From Callorhinchus milii (taxonomy: Eukaryota), in assembly GCF_018977255.1 (NCBI RefSeq), contig NW_024704756.1, positions 17,670,001 through 17,734,000 of the forward strand: a DNA stretch of 64,000 bases, read 5' to 3'. Under the pieces are notes generated by a model. The model searched no databases and was not told where the DNA came from. It saw only the letters and a list, made by a program, of their open reading frames with translations. Position 1 is the first letter of the stretch, and every line of letters starts with the position of its first letter. A program made the translations under genes and the position numbers. Below, one piece after another: positions 19,071 to 34,000 of this stretch.

Positions 19071-22000
19071 GTATGGGCAGTAACAATTTTTCATTCAAAC
19101 CTTTTGCAGACATGGGTAGTGCGACTTGAGTCTGCTGCAGCACCAAGCTCCAATGCCTTTCTCTCTCTCTGGTTGGGTGATTTTTATGATCTATTTTGAG
19201 CTAGATGTCAATAGTGGATAGCAACCATCTCTGTTCACTTCCAATTGTGCATCTTAACATGAAGCAGTTGAAGTTGTTATTTCTAATGTGCATTGCGTGT
19301 CCTGTAATGGTACAGCACTGCTGACCACCATCAATATGCTGGGTCTTGCATTTTATTTTATTTATTGTGTGCTTTCCTGTGTTTGCAACCCATTTATTAT
19401 CCACCGTCACAAGTCAGTGTTAATTAGCGTGAAAGAAAAAAAATAAAGGCAATTTTTAAACCTGGCCATGGAGCAAGAGGAAATAATGGATTGTCAGGTT
19501 GCTGACATAAGATGGAGACTGAAAAATCCTTCCCTCTACAGTGTGGATTGGAGCTCGTCACTCAGCGCAGAGATTTCTTACCAATGATGCTGGGAGGAGA
19601 CGCCTGCTGCAGTTATTTTCCTAAATGCTGCTAACTCGCTGGTCAATTATTTACACAGAAAATCTTCATTTTTAGAGGGTTTACAGATTATATTTGCTGC
19701 AGATTTGAATCCTCCCTTTTTTTGTTTTATTTTGGGGATGAATGTTAAAGCTGGTGAGCTGTAAGATTCCCTTTTATAATAATGGATTATTTCCTTTGGG
19801 TGTTATTTCAGTCTCTCCCCCCTCCCCCACCATCCAACGCTGTTGATTGTATTGGGCGAGCATCCAGCACAAATGCTGTGCAGGCTTGTGTGCAGGAGGG
19901 AGCAGGGAGTGAAGCGATAGATAATCAGCATTCAGGGTTTGAGATCTGCTTAAAGCTAGGTAATGTCATATCATCCTCCTCTAATAGGCAGGCCACTGAC
20001 AGCAAAGCACTCTGTTGCTGTCAACCACCCTTTGCACCAAGTTGAGCACGCTCTGCTGTTTAACATTATTTATCCTTGTAAATTCTTTCAAAATATAACC
20101 CAACGCCTGTTTCATTGCAATGTGTGGAGTAATCCGTGTGCGTGTGTGTGTGTGTGTCATGTCACTACTGAGCACATCACACATACCACATCCCTTAACC
20201 CGTGGGCTGCTGCATCGTGTAGGAGTTCACATGAATGCAGCCAGAGCCAAGAAGGGGTCTGCAGCTAATAACCACATACTCTGAGCTGATAAATCCACCC
20301 ACATCTTCTGGGGTGGGGGGAGGGCTGAGGTGATTCAGTGACTGGCTGATGCATTGCTGCTGCTGAATTGTGAGGGATCAGGTGCCTGAGGCTGTCTGTA
20401 CCACTGACTAATGATTGAAAGAAGAAAGAAAGCATTAGCATTTTTAGTGTTTCACAGTATTTACTGTCAGATGTAGTGACTATTTTGTAGGAAAACTCAG
20501 CACCTATTTTGCAAACGGCAGAGTCCTACAAACAGACATGAGGTGAATGACCAATTTATCTGGATTATAGATTATGTAAACTCCCTTTTCTAACAATGTC
20601 ATGGAATCTTTAACATCCGTCTAAGAAAGGAAGAACACATCTTGGTGTAATGTCTCATGGCTTTGTTTCTGAAGCTTGTTCTTTTACAAGTTCAAATTTG
20701 TCTGAAATAATATTCAAGGTAATATTGCAATAATTGATTGGCCCACAGAAGAATATAGTATTAATAATAGCATTTGTTATAGCGCTTTTCACATCTGTAG
20801 GATGTCTTGAAGCTCTTACTGTAAAGTGTAGTGACTGCAAATCCTGCAACCAATTTGCACACAACAATGTTCCACATACAGCCTGAAGTGAATAACTGTT
20901 TTTTATTTGGAAGGTTGTTGACCAGGTAACTGGGAAGAACTTCCTTTTCAAATAGTACCATGGGTCTTCAATGTTCACATGGACAGGCAGACAGGACTGT
21001 CTTATTGGAAGGATAATAATAATAATAATAATCCTTGCATTTGATATAGCGCTTTTCACGTCGGGAGGACGTCCCAAAGCGCTTCACAGAACACACTGTA
21101 AAGTGAATTGACTGTATATTTGTGGGCGAACGCGGCAGCCAATTGCGCACAGCAATGTCCCACAAACAGTCGTAGATTGAAAATGACCAATTTAATTATT
21201 GTTTTTGGTTTTTTGGAGGGATTATTATTAGGCTCTGTGTGGAGTAAGGAAACTTGCCCAAGGTTTCGCCCTCTGCCTGGAATTGAACTCAGGTCTCTCA
21301 CTTGCAAAGCGAGTGCTCTAACCACTGAGCTACAGGACTCCACTCCAGGATGGCACCACCAAAAATGCAGCCACCCACCTCCCCTCGAACTACATTGAAT
21401 ATCACCTAGATTTCTGAGCTCAGTCATCATGTGGGGCTTAAACTTAAAACCTCTGACTTAGAGATGAGTGCTCCCAACTGAGCCAGAATAATTGCTGTGG
21501 ACAAATTGACTTCTTTGTGTCCCTAGAAATACAGTCACTACACTGAACAATAAATTCTTTGAAGCACTTTATGACTTTTCGATGATGGTGATAGGATGCT
21601 ATATCAATATTTCTTTAAGTAACACAGATATATTCTAAATATGTTTTGACTCGATTCTGAAATATTCAGATAAATTTCATTATAGGTACTTGTTTTAGTT
21701 AATACCAACAATCATTTTGATAGTGACATTATTTATGAAGACATTTTTAACTTTCACAGATCATTTCTAATGGCTGTAGAGAGACTGAGATCAGAATGTA
21801 AAGAAGTTGCAAAATTAGAGGTTTAATAAACAGTGAAAGAGAAATGACAGAAAATCTGAGGCGAATGAGATCTTAGGTGTCATATACAATTGAACAGTTT
21901 CACACTTGGTGTAAAATAAAAACCATAGAATGTAAATCTAACCTGACAGTAAATTTCTGCAAGAAATTGAGAAACGGAGATATCTGGAGCAGATCGACAA

Positions 22001-25000
22001 ATCTTTAAAAAGTGGGAGTTCAGGTAGAAACTGCATTCTGGGATTTATGTACAGGGAATGTCATTAAATACAAGTAAAGAGGTGATGGTCATTATGCACA
22101 AATCATTAATTAGGCTGAAGATGGAGAATTATAAAAATAATAATCCTTGCATTTGATATAGTGCCTTTTACGCCAGGAGAATGTCTCAAAGGAATCATGA
22201 GGTGAATGACAAATTTCATCTGGGGGACTCTTGGCCAGGACACTAGGAGAAACTCCTTTTCGAGTACGGCCATGGGATCTTTAATGGTCCTAGACAGGAC
22301 CTTGGTTTAACATCTGATCTAAAGGAAGGCATGTCCAACAATGTAGTGCCCTCAACCCTGGAATGTGAGTTCAATATCCCAATGTGGGTCTTGAACCCAC
22401 AACCTTCTAAGTCAGTATATACCATAAAGGTTGGCCAACAAAATATATTATCTTTATTGAATATTTCTTGATTTATGCCATCAATCAAGAAAGACTGAAA
22501 ACACATTAATGATCAAACACAGACTTACCTAGACTCATGCAAGTGTTCGGTTGGGGTGGGGGTTGCTTCCTGATGCCCAGTGGGGCCACAGGTTGGCCAC
22601 CAGTGTCTAAGTCAAAGGCAAGAGAGATACTACCTGAGCCAGGCTGACACCTAATTGTATGCAGTTTTGGGACTCGCCAAAGAAAGGATATCACACCAAG
22701 GACAAGATACAGCAGTCACTCCAATGAGGCCAGAGATGAAAGGTTATGGTTCTGATGAAACTTAAACTTGATTCTGAACTTGCTAGAACAGAGAAGGTTA
22801 AGAGGGCCATCTTTACCACCCCCACCTCCTCGGCCCCTAGCTTGGATGAAAGTGCTGACGTGAGATGCACTATATAAATGTAAATTTATATTGTATTGGG
22901 ATAAAGCAGTACAATACAATCAGTGAAGCTGTCATTGTTAAACCCTTTGTAACCGAATCATGCTGAAAAACAATATTTTATGAAAATAATTAATGCAATT
23001 TACAGTATTTGCAATTTAGAATGGTTGTAGTTACCGTATATAGTTTGGAACAGCACCTTGGGACGTCCTCCCGACGTGAAAGGCGCTATACAAATGTAAT
23101 CTTGTTGTTGTTGGAACATGACATATGCATGCAACTGCCAGGATGGTGGACGGCGAATTGGAAGCTCTTCTTTCGTCTAGCAATTCTTATGTTGTTTTAG
23201 TTGAACAGTGTAACAGCTATTTTATTATTTGAACTCGGGCTGAGTGACTGATCTCCAGCTCAGTAGATATGAAGGAGCAAGAATTTCAAAAAGATCTGAA
23301 ATCAAACAAAACTCATTTGGTTGTGGTAAATGCAGTTTCCTTTTTTTCCCCCCGAGTGCAGGTGTGGTGAAGAACTAACTAGAAAGGCTTTGGCAGAATT
23401 AAGAGTCTTTAAACTTTCTCCCAGTTGTTCTGGAGGGAGATGGCTCCTTTTTCCTGTGAGGTAGTTTCACATGTCTCTCATCGGAGCTAGGCTTACTGTT
23501 CTCAACGAAGATGGTTGCTACAATTCACCTCAAACTTCCTGAATTAGACATTGGAAAATTGTAGCAGGATTCCTGCTTCTAATTGCTATTCAGTGTCACT
23601 TGTGGAGGTTATCAGCCTCTCAAAAAATCTTTGACAAAAACATTATCTCACTACAACTGACAAAGGTTTAATTCATGAAGGCTTAGTGAATAGAAGCTGC
23701 CTCTCCTTGCTGGACCTTCCAGCTTAGCTACAAGCTCCAGCTCATACAGGACTGTGATCTATGCCCTCTCCTGCACTTGGCTCTACAAGCCCATCACCAG
23801 CTTCCTTGCTAGGCTCCACTGCCTCTCTGGCTCTCAACAAATTAACTTTAACATTCTCATTCTGACTTTCAAATTTCTCCACCCCCTTGCTCCTCCCTAC
23901 CTCTCCAATCTCCTTCAGCCTCATTCTCCTACCCACTCCCTCCAGTCCACAGGAAGGCTGAGTGAACAGAAGGCTGCTTTAATTGCTGTTGCACATGCTG
24001 TTCCCTCTGCCCTGCCATTGGTGGCTGAATGTCACCTTCATACCTCTGCTCTGTGGAACTTCCTCCCCAAACTCCTCCGCCTCATTCCCTCCTTCCTTGT
24101 TTTCAAAATGTTAAAAAAAATCGTTGGCCATGCTTTTAGTTGCCTCCCTCCTACACCTCATACTTCCCACCTTGTTCAAATTTCCACACCGTCCCTGAGA
24201 CGTGCTTTGAGGTGTTATCTTTTGTGAAAGGTGCCATCTTAATGCAAGTTATTGTTGATCCACATTGGCACAAAGACTCAAATGTGGTTGCTAACTTCTC
24301 TTTTCATTTAAATGGTTTGAATGACCCTCAATGGAGCCACTCGTGATTAATGATTTGAATGATTTTGATTATTTGATTGTATTTGTGAATGCTGTTCAGT
24401 GTTGTCCTCCATATAGTTATCTGACTGCAACAGGTCATGTTCAACATTCTCTCTGAATGCAGCGGGGCTTTCTGTTTAGTTTGAGTCCAGTGCTAAACAC
24501 CTCATGATTCAACTTGTTTACCTTCCAGTTGCTGAGAGTTTGAGAATTTTACAGAGATGATAAATTACTGTAGCTCATGTGCCTTTTACCCTCTTTAAAT
24601 CTGACTGGGTTCTCGGTGTTTCATGTTGTGTAACATTGCTAATGAGAAGCATTTCAGTGATGACATAAGGGTTAAAAATAGAGTTTTTACAAACCGGAAG
24701 TCACTGCTCATAGTGACTCGGGTTTGTGATTGCAATTATGGGATATGGAACCAGTTTCTGTACAAAAAAATCATGGTTACAAAGGCTGACAAAGACAGTT
24801 TTTGTCTGGTGTTTTGTTTTTTTGACCTTTTATTGGATGTTTTGTTTATTTTCTAGGCTGAGAAATGGCCTCAAAACAAAATGCTGGCTTTGATCATGAC
24901 TTCTGATTTGCAATTCCAACGTGTTCAATTATCAGTTGCAAATTTGAACAAGGATGTGTAAAAGTGTCTGATAGAACTCAGGCAACATATACTTGGCTGT

Positions 25001-28000
25001 AATATTTGATTCAGCACCAGAAAGTACATTTTCAGTGCCTCTCTGATGCTATCTTTCTTATTCACTGGAAGAAATGACTGTACTTTAATCTCATTCCCTA
25101 CTATTTCCTTGTCCCCTTTTATACCTTTGGATTGGAGATCTCTTGATAATAAAAACCAAAAGTGATTGTGCTATTGATATTTAACATTAACACAATTGCT
25201 AATTATTGTATTACACTGTTTTAAAAGAACAATGCTAAGAAGATCATCACTCCACACAGTTACTTCACTTTGACTCCTTACATGCTGAAATTGATTCTCC
25301 CAGGACTCCTGTGTTCAGGCTGCTGAAGTGATAAGGCTTGTGTCACATCTGAAGCCCTAGAGTCTCAAGATAGGGTGCTGATTAATCCTAGCCATCTTTG
25401 AATCAGGATTAAAGCATAAAGGAATATTACGGATCTGCATGAATCTGCAGAAAACAGAATACTGCCTTTAATCCTTCAGGCATTTTAGCGATATATCTCT
25501 GGTAGTTGGGAACTATGCTTTGTTAGTGAATTAACATTGAAGCTGGTGCAAAGAGGAAGGAATGTGAACGCAAAAGATTTATAGCTGTGGATATAGCGAC
25601 TTGACTTCTCTCTCATTGAGCTATTGTAATGGATGTTCAATATTTTCTAACAATCCCATCTACAGTTACAGGTGACATTCTATACTGAGGTGATACATGG
25701 GCTGTGGAAGGAAATAATGGGCTGAATTTACTGCCTATCCCAGGTTGCCTTGAGAAGGTTCTTTTTAAACCGTTGCAGGTCTTCGGGCGATTGTGATTCC
25801 ATGCTGGTGTTGGGTAGGCATTTACAAGATTTTGATTCAGCAACAATGCAGGAGCAGCAATATATGTCCCAATCAGGATGATATGTGACTTAGAGAGGAA
25901 ATTGGAGATGCTAATGTTCCCATGATACCACTGTTCCTCCAACAGATTCTCCTCTCGCCTTCATATTTCAGATCTCCCTTGGCCCCCTTCATTTCCTTAT
26001 CTATATACTTCATGTTGGGAACAATGCCAACTTCAGTCTTTCTGCCCCCAACCAGTTCAAATGGAACCCAAACTAAGCATTTGTGAGCAGATTATTAGCA
26101 TGCAGGTGCTTCTTGATGGCAAATCGCTGACTCTGTTCATAACTTTGCTGATTATTGGGAGGAGACTTGTGGGGTGGTAATTGGCTGGGTGAGGTTTGGT
26201 GTCTATCTGGGTGATATTCCACGTTATCAGGCAGATGCCCTTGCTGGAGGTGTACTGAAACAGCTTGTAGCAAGGCAGCTAGTTCCAGTGCCATATTCTT
26301 TGCTGGCATACTATGAGGGCCAGTAAAGTTTGTAGAATCTGATGCACTCAGTCGCTTCTTGATATCTCATCTGGTGATCTGAATTGGCTGGACATTATCG
26401 TTCATGATGGATGAGACTTTGGGAGACGGACAAATAAGATCATCCACTCTACATTTCATTTGTGATTTTGCGAACACTTCAGCCTGTCTACTCACAAGCT
26501 GCATTTCATAATGATTCAGGATGGGGATGTTCACGGATCCTTCTGTTAGTTACCTGATTTTGAACCACTATTCCTAACTGGATGGAGCAGAATTACAGAT
26601 CTTTTTTCTGTTCTATTGGTTGTGGAATTACTTAGCTCAATCTGTGCTCATTGCTTACGGGATTCAGCATGCAAGTAGTTTTATGTAGCAGCTTCACAAG
26701 GTTTGACACTTCATTCTAGTTTATGCCTGATGCTCTCGGCACACCCAACCACAACCATGGTTGATCTCTTGACTTGATGGTGATGGGGGAGTGAGGGATG
26801 TACTGAGCCTAAGGTTACAGATTGTAGTGGTGTACAATTCTACTGCTGATGATGGTCCACTTGACAAGCTAAGTGGTGTGGCTTTGGCATCAGGAAACTA
26901 GATTGTACTAAGGAGCTGCCATTCACATCCTGCCTTTCATTGCTTCTAAGCAATAGAAAAACAAATGATTTTACGTGTTAAAAGTCTTCAGTGACTGCAA
27001 AAACATAGCTGATTATAATAATAATAATAATGCTTACATTTGATAAAAGATTTTTTGTGTTAGGAGAGTGTCAAAACATTTCATAGCATATACTGTAAAG
27101 TCACACAGGATGATTATATTTCTTTGTTTCACATTACGAACACTCAGCTATTTTTTAATCAATTTCTCGATCTTGGGCTGTTGCCATATTTTATTTTTTG
27201 AAATCTTTAATTTCTAAAAGAAATTCGGCAACAATATCAAAACATTCAGATTCAGACTTAAAACAAGCCCTCAGGTTGATAAAGACCTGTTTTTTGTATG
27301 TTTTTTGTATGTTTGTGCCAGAATAAACAGAATAAACTTGATATAAAGTAGTTAAAAGGAAAGGAGTGGCCTCTACCTGCGTACATATGCGTGTAAGCCC
27401 ATGTTTGTGAATGAGTTTGTGTGGGGTGTGTGCATGTCTGTCACTGAGTGAATGTGTCGGTCGCACGCTGGCTACTAACAGAAGTGATAGTTTTTCTAGT
27501 GTTAGCAAACCGTACGTAATGGACTTGTATGTTACTGACTGTATTTGTGAATATGTGTATATGAGTGAAGTAGATCATTATTAAAAAAAAACCTGAGTTT
27601 GATTTAGCACCTAGGAGGACGTCAAAGCACTTCACACGATTTACTGTAAAGTGTCGTCACTTTATATTTTATAGGCAAATGCAGCATCCAATTTGCGCAC
27701 AGCATCTTTCAACAAACAACCATGAAGTGAATGATCAATTGTATCTGGGGGATTGTCGGCAAGGACACAGGGAGATTGTTTACCAGGAGAAACTCCTTTC
27801 AGACATGAGATGGCTATCAACTGAGCTAGGCTGAAACCTGATTGTAACTTATTCTTTTAAGAAACTAACTTCCAAACATCTTGTATAAATACACCAGGAA
27901 GGATTTATTTCCCCAGAATTAAGGACTCGAATGAGTTGCCATGAAGAAGGATGAGATCAAATGGGCCAAAGGGCCTTCTTCATCCAAACTAGTCTTGTGA

Positions 28001-31000
28001 TCTTGTAATCCCGTTTCCCTAATCCCTTTTCCCTGCTCCCTTATGTGTACATAAAATTTACTTAGATGCATTAATGCTTTCTGCTGCAACCACAGCTTCT
28101 GGCAGTGATTTCCACATTCTCAATAGAACACAATACAAATTTCCATTTATATAGTAGCTTTCATTTTGGGAGGATGTCCCAAGGAGCTGGATAGTCCAGG
28201 GTTTGCACCTGAGCTGGCTGTAAGAGCCAAAATTGTAGCGGCGATGGGGGAGACAGGGTGGAGTTAAAGGTGGCCGAAAACAAGTTCAAAGAAGAAGGTC
28301 TTGAGGCAAACCTTGAAGGAAGTGAGGGAAGGGACGAATTGAAGGGACTCTAGGATGGAGTTCCAGCCAGTGGGGGCAGATATGCTGAAAGCCAACTGGG
28401 GCAGGGATATGAAGCAGGCCGGTGCCCTTTGAGCGTTGGGAGCAACTGGGTTGCAAGGGTTTGTAAAAGATGGGGTTGGGCAAGACTAATGAGGAATTTA
28501 AAGGTTAGGATGAGGATCTTGAACTCAATTCTCTGGGGATGGGGAGTGAATGGAGCTGGGCAAGAATGGGGTTGATAGGCTTGTGGAGCCACCCTTTGTG
28601 CAAAGAAGGTCCTTCTAAACTCTTTTAGATTTGTTAGTGTTCATTTTATATTTATGCCCCTTGTTAAGAAGTGGAAACAGACTATTTGTGTCCACCTTTA
28701 ATCAACTCTTTCATAATCTTAAACACATAATTTTAAAAACTACAGTGCTATACTTTTGACACGATGCTGAAGTTCAATGTGTGGCAATGATTCGGAACTC
28801 ACTTCTAACTAATTTCGCTTTAATTTTAAGTTTATATTCCTTTGTTTTGGATCCCTGTACGGGAGTGAAGAATTAACCATTATCTATCTTGTTAATTCTT
28901 CTCGTAATTTAAAAGCCTTAAGCAAATCACCCCTTAACCTCCTCAATCCTAGGGATTATAATCCAAGCCTATCCAGACTCTCATCATAGCTAAACTACTT
29001 CCGAAACTCTTGACTGTCCAGTACCTTCGTATCCTCTCGATGTGAAAGACGCTATACAAATATAATTGTTGTTGTTGCTTCACCCCAGGTATCGACTAGT
29101 GAACATTGCTGGATGCCTGCCAGGACAAAAAGTATCCTTCCTAAAGTTACCTGATGCCCTTTTCAATCCCATATTCTATTGGAACCAGTCACCTATTGGT
29201 GTCAACCACAGTAAGAACATTTGGGAAAATGTAGCTGTGAAATACCACAGGATTTAATTCAGGATTTGAAGGGTTAATTAAACTCAAGGGGCTTTGAATA
29301 AATTCATTCTGTTAGCAGCTCATGTCAGGTAAGGTTAGATGTAGGAGGTTCAGTCTGTCTCGTTAAAAGCGTATAATGACAGGAGAGTCTGAAAAGAAAA
29401 GCAGAAGCTATAATTACGCGACCCTGTGACCGTCACAAATGCTGTGAATTTGCATCTGTGAAACAGCATCTCTAGAGTTTGGAGCTTCTTACCCATACTC
29501 CCTAACCAATTACTGTTCTATTGTAATTTCGCTAGCTAATCAGCTCCAACCTTGTGAATGTATCTGAGAGCAGACTGCAGATACAAACGCTTGCTCCCCA
29601 ATAGCTTGGTGCTCTAAAATCATTCACATGGATATGATTCTGCTCCAAATTAATTTCAGTGCTAACTGGGCATCTCTTCATATATGATGATGTAACTGGT
29701 TATTTATCATCAACTCTAGAATAGGGGCAGTAGAAGCATAGGAAGTGGGAGGGATGCACCATCTAGTGCTCAAACTACCGCCCCATATCCAACCTCCCTT
29801 TCCTCTCCAAGGTCCTGGAATGAGTTGGTGCTTCCCAGCTTTGCTCCGTCCTCTCCTGCCATTCCTTTCACGAACCCTTCCAATTGAGTTTCCGTGCCGC
29901 CCACAGTACAGAAACAGCCCTGGTCATAGTGACAAATGACATTCTGCCCATCTGTGACCAGGGCTCCCTCTGCCTCCTTGTCCTTCCTGACCTCTCTGCT
30001 GCCTTCGACACTGTCGACCATTCTATCCTCATCCACCGCCTCTCCTCTCACATCAACCTTCACGGCTCTGTCCTTGACTAGTTCAGGTCGTACCTCTCAC
30101 ACCGCCTCCACTTCATCTCCACAAACGGTTTCTCCTCCAGCCCACGCACTGTCTAATGCGACGTTCCTCAGGGCTCTGTCCTTGGTCCCCTCCTCTTCAA
30201 TATCTACATGCTCCCTCTTGGTGACATCATCCGCAGACATGGGGTCAACTTCCACATGTATGTGGATGACACCCAACTGTAACACTCTGCCTCCCCCCTT
30301 GACTCCAGGACCCACTGCTGTCCTGACAGAATGTCTGTTAGACATCAAATCCTGGATGAAAGCGAACTTTCTTCAGTTGAACTTCAACAAGACTGAGGCT
30401 CCTGATTGGCTCCCATCAGCGCCTCCACACCTCAGGCGCTGACAGCATCACCATTCGATGTTTGCACACTCCACCTCACTGAGCCAGTCCAGAACCTTGG
30501 GGTCTTGTTTGACCCTTAACTATCCTTTCTATCCCACATCTGTACCATGACCTGTTCTACCTTCCTTCACCTCCACAACATCGCCTGGCTCCGCCATTGT
30601 TCCCACTGCAGGCTGCCGAAACCCTCGTACACGTTTTCATTACATCGAGGCTTGACTATACAAATTCCTTGCTTGTCTGCCACCCCAACTCCTCCTTCCA
30701 TAGGATGCAGATCATCCAGAACTCTGCAGCCCGTGTCCTCTCCTGCACCAGGCTTCGTGACCCTGTCACCCCCATCCTCGCCTGACTCCACTGGCTTCCC
30801 ATCAAACAGAGGATACAGTTCAAGAGCCTGGTCCTCACCTTCAAAGCCCTCCATGGTCTTGCTCTCCACTACCTCACGACCTCCTAACCCCCTAACCTCC
30901 TGCTCGCTCCCTCCATTCTGCGGGCTCCGACCTGCTTCATGTTCCCCGCCTTGCTCGCCCCACTATTGGCAGGCGGGCCTTCTGCCACTCTGCCCCCATC

Positions 31001-34000
31001 CTCTAGAACACCATCCTGCAGTCCCTCTGCCTTGCCCACTCCCTTGCCTCCTTCAAGACCCTCCTCTTCGACTGTGCTTTCGATCTCCCTGCTTCACCCC
31101 CTGCCCTCCACCTTCCCCAATCCTGACCTCTAGCTCGGGTCCGAAACTGTCTATCCAGCGCCTTGGAACTTCCTCCCGACATGAAAGGTGCTTTACAAAT
31201 GTAATTTTGTTGTTGCTCTCATTCAAAGCTCTCTCTACATTCCCAGTTTAAAGACAGAGTACAGCTCCTTCTTCATTCTCTGTCCACACTACCAGGACAA
31301 CTATAGTGTGAGTACTAGTGGGTATTTGTGGCTCAGTTGGAAGCCTCAGAGTCAGAAGCCTGTGGGTTAAAGCCCCAGGACTTTGAACTCATAGAGGCTA
31401 GGCTGATACTCCAGTGCGGAGCTGCGGCTGTGCTGTATTGTTGCAGGCGTTATCCTTCGAATGACACACAAGATCTCAAGGTTAGTTTGGATGAAGAGGC
31501 CCTTCGGCCCATCTGATCTCATTCCTTCAGAACACATAACCAACTGTGCCCCATCACAGCATCGAAAAGAGTGTTTCCTTTTTAAGTCTTCATTAGGACA
31601 GTCACATTGTAGTTAAATTCTTTTTATGTATAAATAATATTTGTATTGTGTGAGTTCTGTATCGAGAGGAAATACTGGAATTTGCCAACATTGTTTGTGC
31701 CACTGCTCAGGAGTGGTACAGTAGAGAGGACCTGACTGCTCAGCAAACCCTAGTTAAGATCGACGAGATGTTGTTTGTTGAATCATAATGCAATGTCATA
31801 TCCAACCCTCCCTGACTCAGCACATTGGGTAATTATAAACTAGAGTTTTAGAAACCGCTGTTGCAAAATGGAAATCAATAAAGTAGTATGTTTGTGTTTT
31901 ACAGGCAAACCCTCCTCCCATTATTGTGAACACGGACTCCTTAGATTCTGGTCCTTATGTAAGTAGTTTACATTTTTACTTGTAAATAATAGGAAACTAT
32001 AAAAGAGATTGGGATAGTGGTGGGTCCTCATCACTAATCAGCACCTTGCCAGGGCCAGAGGCAGCTTATATCAATGTATGAGCAGTGTGTTTTAAGAAGG
32101 TTGTGCTTAACAGTGGTTGAAGATACACAACAGAATGACAATGACGTAAAACCAATTGTCACAAGTGAGCTGCTAGGCATTTCATGTTACATGTGTCCAC
32201 TAATTCAATATTGGTTTACATTTATTTCAGGCTAATGGGAGTGATGCAATGTACAAATACGAAGAGATAATCCTGGAACGGGTGAGTGAATTGTCCATGT
32301 GAAGGAAATATGTTTCCTACGACAAGAGGCTTGGAGTTGAAGTTCTTAATAATTTCAATCGCCTTCTAACCGAGTGTCAGATGGAGAATGTATCCCATGT
32401 CTTGGTGGGATAGAGCCAATAGTACTCCAGGGAAATGCTGATGACAGACCAGCTAGCATGGTTTCTTAGTAGAACTTGGAGGGGAAAACTAGTCACAAGG
32501 AGCAAAGATTCCTCCCACTTGGTTCCATAGTAAGATGATCTGAGCTGGACAAACAGCAAGAAGCTTGCCAGACAGTGTTCTCAATGGCAAGTTATGAAAT
32601 TTTAGCTTGTTAAACACCAGCAGTTACCACAATGCACACTCTGGAGTCCCCAAACCTTGGCACTTGCAAATCTGTACCTGATACTTCCAGGAATTAGGTA
32701 AGAAGGGAGAGTATGTGCATTCCATTCCAAGTTGATACAGTCCTGGACTTGATGATATTGAGTGTAACTTGCATATGAATGAGGTGACTTTAACTGAGTA
32801 ATACCCGAGTGCGATAGTAAGTGGTATTTGCATGTATGACAGAAAGTACTGTATTTGTGTGTTTTTTTTGTTAGCCAGGTTTCTGTCACAATTGGAAACC
32901 CATGACCACGCTTAAGAATATCCAAACCAGAATGAGAGTTATACATATGTATATCATCTATACATGGAAATTTCCCTGTGTCTGGAATGAAATGCACACA
33001 ATCTCCAAACCCATTTACTCCAGGTTTTCTTTTCAATCCCATTTAAAATCTTGTATATCTCTATAAGGCTCCGCAGAGGTTTTCCTCAAAGTTAATTTTG
33101 CTAACAAAGGGATCAATCTTGTTCCTCCCTTCTTCACTGCCTCAAGGACCTGGACAGTTCCCTTCTGTCATGGCAACCAGAACTTGAGAGGTGGCAGCTG
33201 ACACTGGTGGCACTACAGGCAGTAGTGAAATGTAACAGTAGCCGCACTGCAGATTGGCTAAAACTCAATTTTCATTTGAGGGCTGTGGAGTATATTTATA
33301 TTAATTGATGGATTTTGTATTAAATCTAGCTATTTTTTCAGGGATACATTCAGTTGATTCTTTTTTAACCCAGTTATGCAAGGGTTAGAAAAAGGTGGAC
33401 GGGTAGGTAGCTCATTGAAATTGTTAGCGCAACATGTGGTAGTGGCAAGCAAGGCAGACGAGAGTTTAGTCTTGAAAGCAGAGACCTCCGAGTGGCCTTG
33501 AGATGTATATGATTTTAAATGGGGCTAGGACTCTTCAGTCTTGGAAATGACCACAGCCACTGATTGAGCTCCTGGAGTCAGTGCATGGTACTTGTTGATG
33601 GGAAGTATTGTTAATATGATGCCAATTAAATGTTGAATTCATTGTGATTTTTGTTGATGCAGGGTAACTCAGGTCTGGGCTTCAGCATTGCTGGAGGCAT
33701 TGACAACCCCCATGTTCCAGATGATCCTGGCATCTTTATCACCAAGATCATCCCTGGCGGTGCGGCAGCCATGGATGGGCGGCTGGGGTAAGTTTCTCGT
33801 TAGACTCTCTTCGATGGTTAAACACACTCAAATTATTAGTTGCAGCATTGTGCGATTGGATGAGTTCCTATCAGTTGGAAGGAAAACTGAGGGCCAAAGC
33901 TGGAAAATGGCTTTGAAATTACTTTTAAGAGGTTGAACTTCCCTGTCACATACAGATTGATTTCAAGATTCTCACCCAGAAATTATTTCACATCCTAGCA

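Noticed and set aside
20190-20268. TCCCTTAAC motif and an ORF ending EGVCS* as a RAB41 last exon
   Set aside because: The next AG gives the wrong phase for that frame and there is no IDIKL similarity.
19071-31904. Additional DLG N-terminal exons (L27 or MDCLC/KYRYQDE type) in DLG3 intron 1
   Set aside because: None recognised by eye; the intron is mostly decayed repeats and unique non-coding sequence.
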